From Thermoplasmata archaeon (lineage in GTDB: Archaea > Thermoplasmatota > Thermoplasmata > Lutacidiplasmatales > UBA184), in contig JAGWLG010000005.1 of assembly GCA_028864975.1 (NCBI GenBank), positions 69,515-133,514 on the forward strand: 64,000 nucleotides of DNA, given 5' to 3'. Numbering within the stretch: position 1 is the first letter of the stretch; every line of letters begins with the position of its first letter. Below, one piece after another: positions 47,401 through 54,900 of this stretch. The position numbers and the translations under genes were made by a program. The notes beneath the pieces are model-generated. The model saw nothing but the letters and a program-made list of their open reading frames with translations. It did not search any database and was not told the origin of the DNA.

Positions 47401-49130
47401 ATGGTCCCGGTGGACAGGATGTCCCCGGCGAGCGTCGTCGTTCCTACGGTGCTGTACTGCGTACTCGTGACCTGGATGGTCCCCACCCCGAGGGTGGTCC
47501 CCGTGAGCGAAGTCACGCCCTGGCCCAGGAACGTTCCCCCGGTGAGCGAGAGGTCCCCCGAGATGAAGGCGCTCGGGAGGCCGATGTTGCCGGAGCTGTA
47601 GACGTTACCGACGAAGAGCGTGCTCCCGGTGCTCGTGACCGAGCCCTGGGTGAACATCGTTCCGTTCACCGTGACCGTGCCGGTGATGTTGTTCGCCGAG
47701 GACCCTTGGGCCATCGTCCCGGCGATGGTCAGCGTCCCCTGGGCGACGGCCATGCCCTGGATCGCCGCCACGCTGTTGATATTGACCGACCCGGTGTTGG
47801 TGATGTTCCCTCCCGGGTAGCTCGTGATGTTGACCGCGGGACCGATGGTCAGGTCCTGCGGGAAGAGCTGCTCCCCGGCGGCGTCGATCTGCCCGGTGAT
47901 GAGGAGCCCCCCTTGGTTGTAGAACGTCCCGCCGTTCGAGGCGCTCTGGACGGCCTGGAAGGTCCCTTGGACGATCGTGTTCGCGGAGAGGAGATGCTCC
48001 CCGCTCGAGACGGTCGAATGTCCGACGGTCACGAGAGCGGCGGGCCAGGTCGCGCCGGGCGAAACGGTGAGGGAGGGCGACCCGCCCCCGTACGCGAGGG
48101 ACATGTTGCCCCCGGAGGCGATCGTGACATCCATCCGAGAGTCGGGCAACGAGGCCGTGACCCCGGCCCCCGAGGACGAGGTGTCCCCCGTGATGGAGAA
48201 GTGGGTGTTCGCTCCCCACGTGATGGAGCTCGAGGAGGCCGAGGCGCCGAACGGGGGAGTGAAGGTTGAGCCGGGGGAGACGGTCACCGGACAGACGAAG
48301 ATGATGTTGCAGTTGAGCGTGATCGAACCGGTCGAGTTGGCGTAGTTGGTCACCACGATGTTTCCGCCGCTGTTGAGATTGTTGTTCCCCGACGGGTACG
48401 AGTAGATCCCTCCGGCCTTGTTGGCGTCGACCGTGAAGGTGGTCGCGGTGCCCACCGTCGTCATCAGTACCGAGTCGCCGGTCGCCGCGTTCCCGATCGC
48501 GATGTTCCCTTGCATCACCGCGACCGCGGTGGGGTCGGCGGACGTCGGGTCGACCCACAGGCTCGAGCCCGGGTGGGTCGCGAAGAGGTTGCCGCCGGGA
48601 GTGATCGGCTGGATGGTCATCGCTCCGTTGACCTGGGTGGGCCCGTAGTCCGCCCAGCCCATGGTCTGGGTCCAACCCGAGGTGGAGACCTGCCCGGCGA
48701 TGTTGACGTAGCCGGAGAGGTAGTTCAGGCTCGAAGCGAGCGACCCGTTGATGTGCGCGCTCCCGTTGATGTCCGTGGTGGGGGGGCCCGCCGCCCAGGG
48801 TCGGGGTGACGGGGGCGCCAGGGGAGCCGAGGGGGGGGTCCCTGGAAGCACGATCCCGGGAGGCACCGCACCGAGGTGCTCGGGCGAGCGGGGAGCGATC
48901 GGAGGTGGAGCGGTCGAGGCGGGGACGTTGGGCCTAGGGACCCCCGGAGAGCTCAGCAGGGCATGCCCGGTGGGGAGGACCCCTCCCGCGAGAGTGCTCC
49001 CGGACCCCCCGCCGGGGGAGAGCACGAACAGGAGGGCGACGAGAAGAGAGACGAAAGGGGTCGGTTGGAGGGTCAAGGCGGCCTGGCGATCTCGGTAGGA
49101 CCGCCTAGAATCCAGGTAGGCAAGGCCCAT
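44469..49130 (-). CDS. Large surface protein with Gly/Thr/Val-rich beta-solenoid-like repeats, two TM segments and a Pro-rich tail
   Basis: Hydrophobic N-terminal segment; about four 152-157 aa super-repeats; TMs LGVAFYLMVLLLVLALVVGIV and LVAVATLSLLAGAGVGLGGAFW; start uncertain (49130 or 49076). Confidence 0.85.
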   Translation of the reverse strand: MGLAYLDSRRSYRDRQAALTLQPTPFVSLLVALLFVLSPGGGSGSTLAGGVLPTGHALLSSPGVPRPNVPASTAPPPIAPRSPEHLGAVPPGIVLPGTPPSAPLAPPSPRPWAAGPPTTDINGSAHINGSLASSLNYLSGYVNIAGQVSTSGWTQTMGWADYGPTQVNGAMTIQPITPGGNLFATHPGSSLWVDPTSADPTAVAVMQGNIAIGNAATGDSVLMTTVGTATTFTVDANKAGGIYSYPSGNNNLNSGGNIVVTNYANSTGSITLNCNIIFVCPVTVSPGSTFTPPFGASASSSSITWGANTHFSITGDTSSSGAGVTASLPDSRMDVTIASGGNMSLAYGGGSPSLTVSPGATWPAALVTVGHSTVSSGEHLLSANTIVQGTFQAVQSASNGGTFYNQGGLLITGQIDAAGEQLFPQDLTIGPAVNITSYPGGNITNTGSVNINSVAAIQGMAVAQGTLTIAGTMAQGSSANNITGTVTVNGTMFTQGSVTSTGSTLFVGNVYSSGNIGLPSAFISGDLSLTGGTFLGQGVTSLTGTTLGVGTIQVTSTQYSTVGTTTLAGDILSTGTIAVNGTSVITTAPGAWFHLTHTVEMGVTASGGWTSKVVGDTYTQGTSFSNGSASFSSSQVAFPPGLTVHGTAWTVGNVTVLGNSVFDGALATTGVSRFPGSVLVGDFTLAAPGTVSSTGTSWVSGNVSLVGVLSIGVGLFQENGASDIAGNLDITGSVSLSGDSEIWTGPTGALHLFGTIEMGARSGTFTSQVVGRAMTLGTIYTNGTSTFNGGVASFPPGLSVHGIVETQGNVTVLGSELFDGSVATSGTSRFPGATLVGTFSLPSPGTINETGTSWVVGNVSMDGLLSVGAGTFAENGASAITGYADLDGPVTIVGNGYMTTGGGAFHMAGTIDMGSVSTVVGSVMTQGTVFANGTSTFTWGLAKFPVGLSVHGAVESEGNISVHGGTDFTGAVTTSGLAQFPGMTLSGTFDLSAQGGSVNATGTSQVNGNISLAGVLTIGTSDFQEVGNSYITGTMVMTGTVVVNGDSTLTTSPGTLLELYGNIQLANAAHIIGNVNSTGSVTISGSAVLSSTSVDIGGAMVLDGWVSSRGLVTLSGVADFQGPVLTQGHTTLSGLAVAGNYSLHWGEFHLSGTVSLVGATIAHGSVVANSSGYYVVGSSRIEGVTGVDGAAWVRGASTMLGSAALNAGSSFGTYMVINGNLDTGGLNIQGPVVLPDDTVTFSTNANITGSIWQNGLLTSVGGTTTFVGQSIINGTATSSGAPTISGPVVLSISGRPFALELGVAFYLMVLLLVLALVVGIVEGVRKARRRKRPLSESERGAVRPLRPLVAVATLSLLAGAGVGLGGAFWLGSVLTSPLNASSAGLVPVLEFVSSILLLVGAAVWGVHRALYRSRRQRAREEPAPPFDWTDEVASPGYPNAGGTPSELQYDPNSPVPDHDVGAGAPFAMPPFDPSTPPGPPPAYPMELAPVPFPPPVAPTSPPASPPPPPPPPMAAPPPQQPLLAPPGKYVTERQRRAQEAAEAAARSADGKVS

Positions 49131-49146
49131 ATCAAAGCTCGGGTCG

Positions 49147-49452
49147 GTGGAGGGCCCAACCCCCAGGCTTCAAGCCAGGTCGCGATGGGGGGACGTGGCC
49201 GCGCCGACCCCTTCCTCCTCCCCTGACCTGCGGCGGGAGTCCCTGCTGGTGCCCCCGAGGCTCAAGGTCGTCTCGGTGCTGACGCTGGTGCTGACCCTGG
49301 TCCTCCTCGTCCTCGCGGTGCAGGTGGGAGCCGAAGGCCCGGGGCGCTACGCCCTCTCCAACGCCCTGGCCGTGGGAGCCCTCGTCTCCATGGGGGTCTT
49401 CTCCGGAGTGAATCTCACCTACTCGGGGGGCACACTGACCCCAGGGACCTGA
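49147..49452 (+). CDS. Small 2-TM membrane protein (start uncertain)
   Basis: VVSVLTLVLTLVLLVLAV and ALSNALAVGALVSMGVF hydrophobic segments. Confidence 0.5.
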   Translation: MEGPTPRLQARSRWGDVAAPTPSSSPDLRRESLLVPPRLKVVSVLTLVLTLVLLVLAVQVGAEGPGRYALSNALAVGALVSMGVFSGVNLTYSGGTLTPGT

Positions 49453-49472
49453 GGCTCCCCGGCAGCGCTAGG

Positions 49473-50552
49473 TCAACCCGGAACGTCGATCGGGGACTCG
49501 GACCCCGTTGGATGGGGCGGGGGAGCAGAACCGCCCGGGGGCGAAGCTCGAGATCCTGGCCGTGCCCCGGGGGCAGGGAGCCGGAGGAACGCGACGACGC
49601 TGGGTACCCGGTTGCGGAGCGAGACGCTCGTGACCCCCAGGGCCTTCGCGATGCGGTCCTGGCTGTAGCGCCAGCCCCCCTCCTGGGCCGCAACGTAGGC
49701 CACGGTGCCTAACAGGGTCGCCGGCATGACGCCGCTCGACTGGTAGCCGCCCTTGTCCAGCCGCTCGAGGTACTCTCGGACCTTGGCGCGGAGCTCCCGG
49801 GGGAACTCCAGGTCCTCGGCCAGCTTCGGGAGCAGGTCGAGGGGGTTCACCGGGCGGACCTTGACCCGAAGGTCGCGGATCAGGTGGATCGAGACGGTCG
49901 CGATCACGCTTCGCGGAGCCTCGGAGTGGGAAGCGACGACCCGCAGGGTACGAGGGACCCCGTGGACCCGGCAGGCGACGTAGACGCACGCGGCGACCAA
50001 CGAAGCGATCCGGAGCCCGCGCATCCCTCGCCGGGCCAACGACTCACGGTAGAGGCGGACGGCGGTCTCCTCGACGGTCCGAGGGAGGCCCAGGGCCTCC
50101 GTCAAGCGCTTGAGCTGAGGAAGGGCGGTCTCGAGGTTCCGCTCGCCGCTGTCGCCGCGACCCTGGCGCCGGTCGACCAGCCGCAGGCGGGCGAACTCCA
50201 TCTTGCGCCGGTGGGAGAGGGGGGATGGGACATTGCCGCGGGTGAGCGGGCCGATCCGGGTCCGAAGCCCCTTGTCGGGGAGCAGCACGGTCGTGGCTCG
50301 CCCATGCGTCCCCGGACCGTACCGGCTCGCGTCGTCGCTGTGCCCGAGGGGCTCCTGGACGACGGCCTCGCCCTCACGGTTGACAAGCCCGCAGTCCTGG
50401 CAGACCAGGTCCGCGGTCGCCTCGTCCCGGAAGAGCCGGGCGCTCCCGCAGCTCTTGCAACGCTCGACGCCGTCGCCGGTGCCTCGCTCGCGGTGCGCGC
50501 CTACGGGCACATCTCCCGAGCGGTCCTTAGAGGAGGAATGGGAAGGTGACAT
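49473..50552 (-). CDS. tfb: Transcription initiation factor IIB (TFB), divergent paralog
   Basis: Zn ribbon CKSCGS...LVCQDCGLV; PDKGLRTRI; ERNLETALPQLKRL; cyclin repeat LVAACVYVACRVHGVPRTL; C-terminal HTH SQDRIAKALGVTSVSLRNR. Confidence 0.88.
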   Translation of the reverse strand: MSPSHSSSKDRSGDVPVGAHRERGTGDGVERCKSCGSARLFRDEATADLVCQDCGLVNREGEAVVQEPLGHSDDASRYGPGTHGRATTVLLPDKGLRTRIGPLTRGNVPSPLSHRRKMEFARLRLVDRRQGRGDSGERNLETALPQLKRLTEALGLPRTVEETAVRLYRESLARRGMRGLRIASLVAACVYVACRVHGVPRTLRVVASHSEAPRSVIATVSIHLIRDLRVKVRPVNPLDLLPKLAEDLEFPRELRAKVREYLERLDKGGYQSSGVMPATLLGTVAYVAAQEGGWRYSQDRIAKALGVTSVSLRNRVPSVVAFLRLPAPGARPGSRASPPGGSAPPPHPTGSESPIDVPG

Positions 50553-50595
50553 GGTCCATCACTTAGGTCTCCCAACTAATTACCCTGCAGACTTG

Positions 50596-50613
50596 TATTT
50601 AAGGTCTTCCTTC
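50596..50613 (-). promoter_or_regulatory. BRE/TATA promoter of the tfb paralog
   Basis: Minus strand GAAGGAAGACC-TTAAATA, 44 nt before ATG 50552, within an AT-rich patch. Confidence 0.55.
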
Positions 50614-51005
50614 ATTGGTGTGCCACTTCGTAGCATTGTGATTCTTAGCGTTTGCCCGCTCCTCGAGAACTTTCTCCTCTACCGGTGCGGTCGGTCGTTC
50701 GCTCTCACGGTCCTTCTTCGTCCGCCCCCAGGCGGACGAGCCTACGGTCGCTGCGGACGGGGGGCGGGTGGTACCCGTCCCCCGGAAGCTCCCTCGGCGG
50801 CCCGGGTCAACTGTAATCACCGGACCGGCGCCAGGACCTTCTGCAACCGCCTCCGCGAAGGAAACATGGACGCGCCCCTACTTATGCGCATCTGAGGGCC
50901 TACCTTTCGGGAAGCGACCCTCCGGAGCGAGCGGGAGATCCGCTCCGCCCTCGATCTTCGGCCTCGATGGATAGGCTGAAGGCTCACGAAGGCTCTCCGA
51001 GCCCG

Positions 51006-51371
51006 ATGCCCGAAAGCCGGCCGCCGGCGACCTACATCTCGGACCTTCGCCCCAACCGGGTGGCCTCGATCGAGGCTTCGGTGGTGTCGGTCGAGCCCAC
51101 GCGAGAGGTGGCGGTCGGGACCGGGGGCTCGAAGAAGGTCCGGAACGTGCGCCTCAAGGATGGGACCGGCGAGGTCGTCCTGGTCCTCTGGGGGAACGAG
51201 GTCGACCTGGTCCAAGAGGAGGGGCAGAAGGTCCGGATCTCCGAGGGGTGGGTCAAAGACTACAAGGGCCACTTGCAGATCTCGCTCGGGCGTACGGGGT
51301 CGCTCCAATCCCTCGTGGAGCCTTCGGGAAGGCGCTCCCGCTCCCCCTCCAGTGTTCGGTCGACCTCCTGA
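51006..51371 (+). CDS. Single OB-fold single-stranded DNA-binding protein (SSB/RPA-like)
   Basis: ISDLRP, IEASVVSV, VRLKDGTGEVVLVLWG, GWVKDYKGHLQISLGRTG. Confidence 0.85.
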   Translation: MPESRPPATYISDLRPNRVASIEASVVSVEPTREVAVGTGGSKKVRNVRLKDGTGEVVLVLWGNEVDLVQEEGQKVRISEGWVKDYKGHLQISLGRTGSLQSLVEPSGRRSRSPSSVRSTS

Positions 51372-51610
51372 GACCTCCGTTCTTCGAGGGAGTCTCGAGG
51401 AGAGGACCGTTTCACGACCTCTCCCCCCCTGTTGAAATAGGCTCCAGGGGGAATTCTTCTCGGGAAACCACCCCAAGGAGCGCCGCGACCTACATCGCAA
51501 AGAGGACGGTTGCACCGACCGTCCTGCGTGCGGAGCGGCCTCCACTCCTGTTCTCGACAGGATGAAGAACCTCCCGCGACGTACTTCTCTCGGCGTTCGC
51601 CAGGTGGGCT

Positions 51611-54025
51611 TTGGTCCGTCCCGGTCCTGTCCGGTCCTCGCTCGTCCTCGCGCTCGTTCTCTGGCTCCTGGCGAGTGCGCTGCCCCCCGTGGGGCACGCC
51701 CTTGGATCCTCCCTTCCCACGGTCGTTGTCCATGACTCCGATGGAGCCTCCTCAGCCATGTTGCCCCGTGGGGCCTCCTCCCTGTACGCGGGAGGAGGCC
51801 TCCCTTGGCCCTTCCACGGGGTGGACCGGAGCGGGACAGAGTACGCGTGCATCCAAGGGTGGGGCTTCGGCGACGGCCCGTACGACCTTGCGAGCGTACA
51901 GGCCCTCCGCACCTGGAACGTCACGGCAGTTCGGGTCCCCCTCAACGAAGATTGCTGGCTGGCGATCAACGGGGCGCCAGCGGCCTACAGCGGAGCACCC
52001 TACCGCGCCTTCATCGAGGCCTACGTGGCGCTCCTGGAGTCGCAGGCGATCCGTCCTATCCTGGACCTCCACTGGAACGCTCCAGGGACGAACCTCTCCA
52101 ACGCTCAGCAGCCGATGGCCGACCAGGACCACGCACCCGCATTCTGGGCCAGCCTCGCGGGTGCGTTCCGGAACGACAGCCTGGTCATCTTCGACCTCTA
52201 CAACGAACCCCACGACATCTCCTGGAACTGCTGGGAGAACGGCTGCTGGGAGACCACCCCCTCTCCCGGCTGGCAGACCGCGGGCATGCAGGAGCTCCTT
52301 GACAACGTTCGGGCTGCGGGCGCGACGACCCAACTGGTCATCCTGGGGGGGCTCAACTGGTCGAACGATGCGTCGGGGTGGCTCGCGCACGAGCCCTCCG
52401 ACCCCGCGGGCCCAGGGCACCTGGGGGCGAGCCTGCACATGTACCAGTTCAACTCGTGCAGCACATTCTCCTGCTGGAACTCAACGCTCCTCCCCATCGT
52501 CCAGGCGGGGGTCCCGCTCGTCACCGGGGAGCTGGGAGAGAGCGACTGCAACGCGACCTTCATCGACCGCTACTTCTCGTGGGCGGACGCGCTTCAGGTC
52601 CCTTACCTGGGATGGACGTGGGACACGTGGAACACGTGCTCGGGTCCCACGTTGATCTCGAGCTACACGGGCACCCCGTACCAGCCCTACGGGGTCGAGT
52701 TCCGCCACCATCTGCTGGGGTTCTCCTCCCCCTCGCTCTCGGTCCCCTCGGTTCCCCAGGGGGTCTCCGCAACCGGGCTCAACCGGAGCGTTCTCCTCTC
52801 CTGGACCCCTCCGGCCTCGAACGGGTCGTGGCCCGTCGACGGCTACAACGTGAGCTGGGGGACCTCTCCCACTTCGATGACCCAATACGCGCTGGTCGGA
52901 GCATCCTCGCCGTGGTCGCTCACCGTGGGGGGGTTGGTCAACGGCACGAGCTACGATTTCGCGGTCCAGGCGATCAGTGCGATCGGCGCCGGGCCCTTGA
53001 GCTCCCCGGTCGTAGCCACACCGGTCGCGAACCTCACCGCGCACCTCTCCGAGACCCCCTCCCGCGGCACGGTCCCCCTGGTCGTGACCTTCCATGCCTA
53101 TCCCTACGGCGGGACACCCCCTTACTCGGTCGCGTGGTCGTTCGCCGATGGATATCGAGGGAGCGGGAGCGCGACGACGCACACCTTCACCGTCGCGGGG
53201 AGCTTCGCTCCGGTGGCGACCGTTTGCGCGACGGGCCCGTCCTGCTTGAACGTGAGCGCGCCCACGGTCGTGGTCTCGAGCCCCCCGCCCGTCCTGGTGG
53301 CGAGCACCTCGGCCGTGCCCACCGAGGGGATGGCGCCGCTCAACGCCTCGTTCCATGGCAACGCGACCGGCGGGCGGGCCCCCTACGCCTTCGCGTGGAC
53401 CTTCGGGGACGGTGGACGCGCCTCGCTGCAGAACGCGACCCATCGGTTCCTGAAAAACGGGACGTTCGTCGCGCGTTTGTGGGTCAACGACACGGCCGGG
53501 GGTAGCAACGTCTCCTCCACCGTCATGACGGTCCTTCCGCAACTTGAGGTCTCGGCGAGCTCGACGGTGACGTCGGGCATCCCTCCGCTCAATGTGACCC
53601 TCTGGGCCAACGCCTCCGGGGGCACGGGAGAGTATGCCTACGTTTGGTCGTTCGGAGACGGGTCCAACGGTACCGGCTCCCCGGTGCTACATCGTTACCG
53701 AAGTACGGGCACCTACGTTGTGGTCGTCACGGTCAAGGACAGTCTTGGAGATGTTCGATCCGCGAGCCTGACCATTCACGCTTCCGCTCCTGAGCCCTGC
53801 CTCGACTGCCAAGCTCCAGGTCCACCGTACCTCGCGTACCTTCTCCTGCGACTCCTGATCCCCACGGGTATCGTGGTCGCGACCTTCTTCGCCGTCTTCT
53901 TAGCCGTCCGGCGCCAGCGGCGGAGGAACCGGGGCAGCTCCTCGATGTTGAGCGAGGTGCCCCCGGGGGAGGGCCATTATCTCACCGAGCTCCCTCCCGA
54001 GTGGGGACGGGAGGGTCGACCGTAG
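51611..54025 (+). CDS. Membrane-anchored glycoside hydrolase family 5 (cellulase-like) with FN3 and three PKD domains
   Basis: GVDRSGTEYAC, VRVPLNEDCW, ILDLHW, FDLYNEPH (acid/base Glu), PLVTGELG (nucleophile Glu), YLGWTW; FN3 LSWTPPASNG...GYNV; PKD W(S/T)FGDG; TM then RRQRRR. Confidence 0.9.
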   Translation: MVRPGPVRSSLVLALVLWLLASALPPVGHALGSSLPTVVVHDSDGASSAMLPRGASSLYAGGGLPWPFHGVDRSGTEYACIQGWGFGDGPYDLASVQALRTWNVTAVRVPLNEDCWLAINGAPAAYSGAPYRAFIEAYVALLESQAIRPILDLHWNAPGTNLSNAQQPMADQDHAPAFWASLAGAFRNDSLVIFDLYNEPHDISWNCWENGCWETTPSPGWQTAGMQELLDNVRAAGATTQLVILGGLNWSNDASGWLAHEPSDPAGPGHLGASLHMYQFNSCSTFSCWNSTLLPIVQAGVPLVTGELGESDCNATFIDRYFSWADALQVPYLGWTWDTWNTCSGPTLISSYTGTPYQPYGVEFRHHLLGFSSPSLSVPSVPQGVSATGLNRSVLLSWTPPASNGSWPVDGYNVSWGTSPTSMTQYALVGASSPWSLTVGGLVNGTSYDFAVQAISAIGAGPLSSPVVATPVANLTAHLSETPSRGTVPLVVTFHAYPYGGTPPYSVAWSFADGYRGSGSATTHTFTVAGSFAPVATVCATGPSCLNVSAPTVVVSSPPPVLVASTSAVPTEGMAPLNASFHGNATGGRAPYAFAWTFGDGGRASLQNATHRFLKNGTFVARLWVNDTAGGSNVSSTVMTVLPQLEVSASSTVTSGIPPLNVTLWANASGGTGEYAYVWSFGDGSNGTGSPVLHRYRSTGTYVVVVTVKDSLGDVRSASLTIHASAPEPCLDCQAPGPPYLAYLLLRLLIPTGIVVATFFAVFLAVRRQRRRNRGSSSMLSEVPPGEGHYLTELPPEWGREGRP

Positions 54026-54027
54026 GC

Positions 54028-54513
54028 ATGGCCGGGGGCGGCGCGGCGATCGCGCTCGGGGTCGTGCTTCTCCTTCTCGGCTGCTACCTGCTCCTGGGGC
54101 CCTACAGCGCGAACCGGTCGTACTACGTTCAGCCGGAACAGGCTTCGCCCTTCTCGCTCCCTAGCTGGTTCGTCTTCCCGGTGGGGACCACCATCCAGAT
54201 CGCCTGGAACGCCATGCAGCCCTCGAGCTGGGTCTCGGTCTACACGTGTTCGTCGATCTCCTCCGGTGTGTGCGAAGGGAAGGGTCCGTTCGCGATCGCG
54301 AACGGGTCTGGCAACTCCGGCAGCGAGACGTTCACGGCGGCCGGGGGGCAGCTCTACGGGATCGTGGCCTCGGACGCCGGGACGCTCGTCGTCACCGTCC
54401 AATTCTCCTCGGCCTACGGGGCCCTCATGTTCCTCGTCTTCACGATGTCGGTCACCGCCTTCGCTGTCGGGTACATGCACATGTTCCGGCGGGACCGCTA
54501 CCGCCCCTTCTAG
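54028..54513 (+). CDS. Small membrane protein with TMs at both ends and an extracellular beta-domain
   Basis: ATG 54028 follows the GH5 stop; hydrophobic termini. Confidence 0.65.
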   Translation: MAGGGAAIALGVVLLLLGCYLLLGPYSANRSYYVQPEQASPFSLPSWFVFPVGTTIQIAWNAMQPSSWVSVYTCSSISSGVCEGKGPFAIANGSGNSGSETFTAAGGQLYGIVASDAGTLVVTVQFSSAYGALMFLVFTMSVTAFAVGYMHMFRRDRYRPF

Positions 54514-54779
54514 GGAGGGATGGCCGGGCCTGAAGGGGTCTCCCTCTTCGCGACCTCGAACTTCTTCGCGGGGGTCGGGAACATGTCCTCGAGGGTCAGG
54601 CGATTCCCCATCGAATCGTCGAGATAGATACGCCCTCGCTTCTCGTCCCGCGTTCGTGCGTGGGAGTCGTCCCAGAAGCGCTTGTTCTTCGAAAGTCCGC
54701 ACTGACAGACCGCCACCGCCTGTCCTCTGACCTGGAGCACGGCGGGGCCTGTGGCGTCATGTCGGACCAGACACTTCAT
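54510..54779 (-). CDS. CDGSH iron-sulfur domain protein with a degenerate motif
   Basis: LVRHDATGP, VAVCQCGLSKNKRFWDDSH versus canonical CxCxx(S/T)xxxPxCDG(S/A/T)H. Confidence 0.7.
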   Translation of the reverse strand: MKCLVRHDATGPAVLQVRGQAVAVCQCGLSKNKRFWDDSHARTRDEKRGRIYLDDSMGNRLTLEDMFPTPAKKFEVAKRETPSGPAIPP

Positions 54780-54900
54780 GACCGCTCGCAGTCGATAGAG
54801 CTCCTTGGCGGGTCCCTACCTTAGAGGTCACCGGAGGCAGGGCCTCCTCCGCGCACCACCGCAGAGTAGGACCAAATAGGGTCTCGAAGCATCCTCGCGT

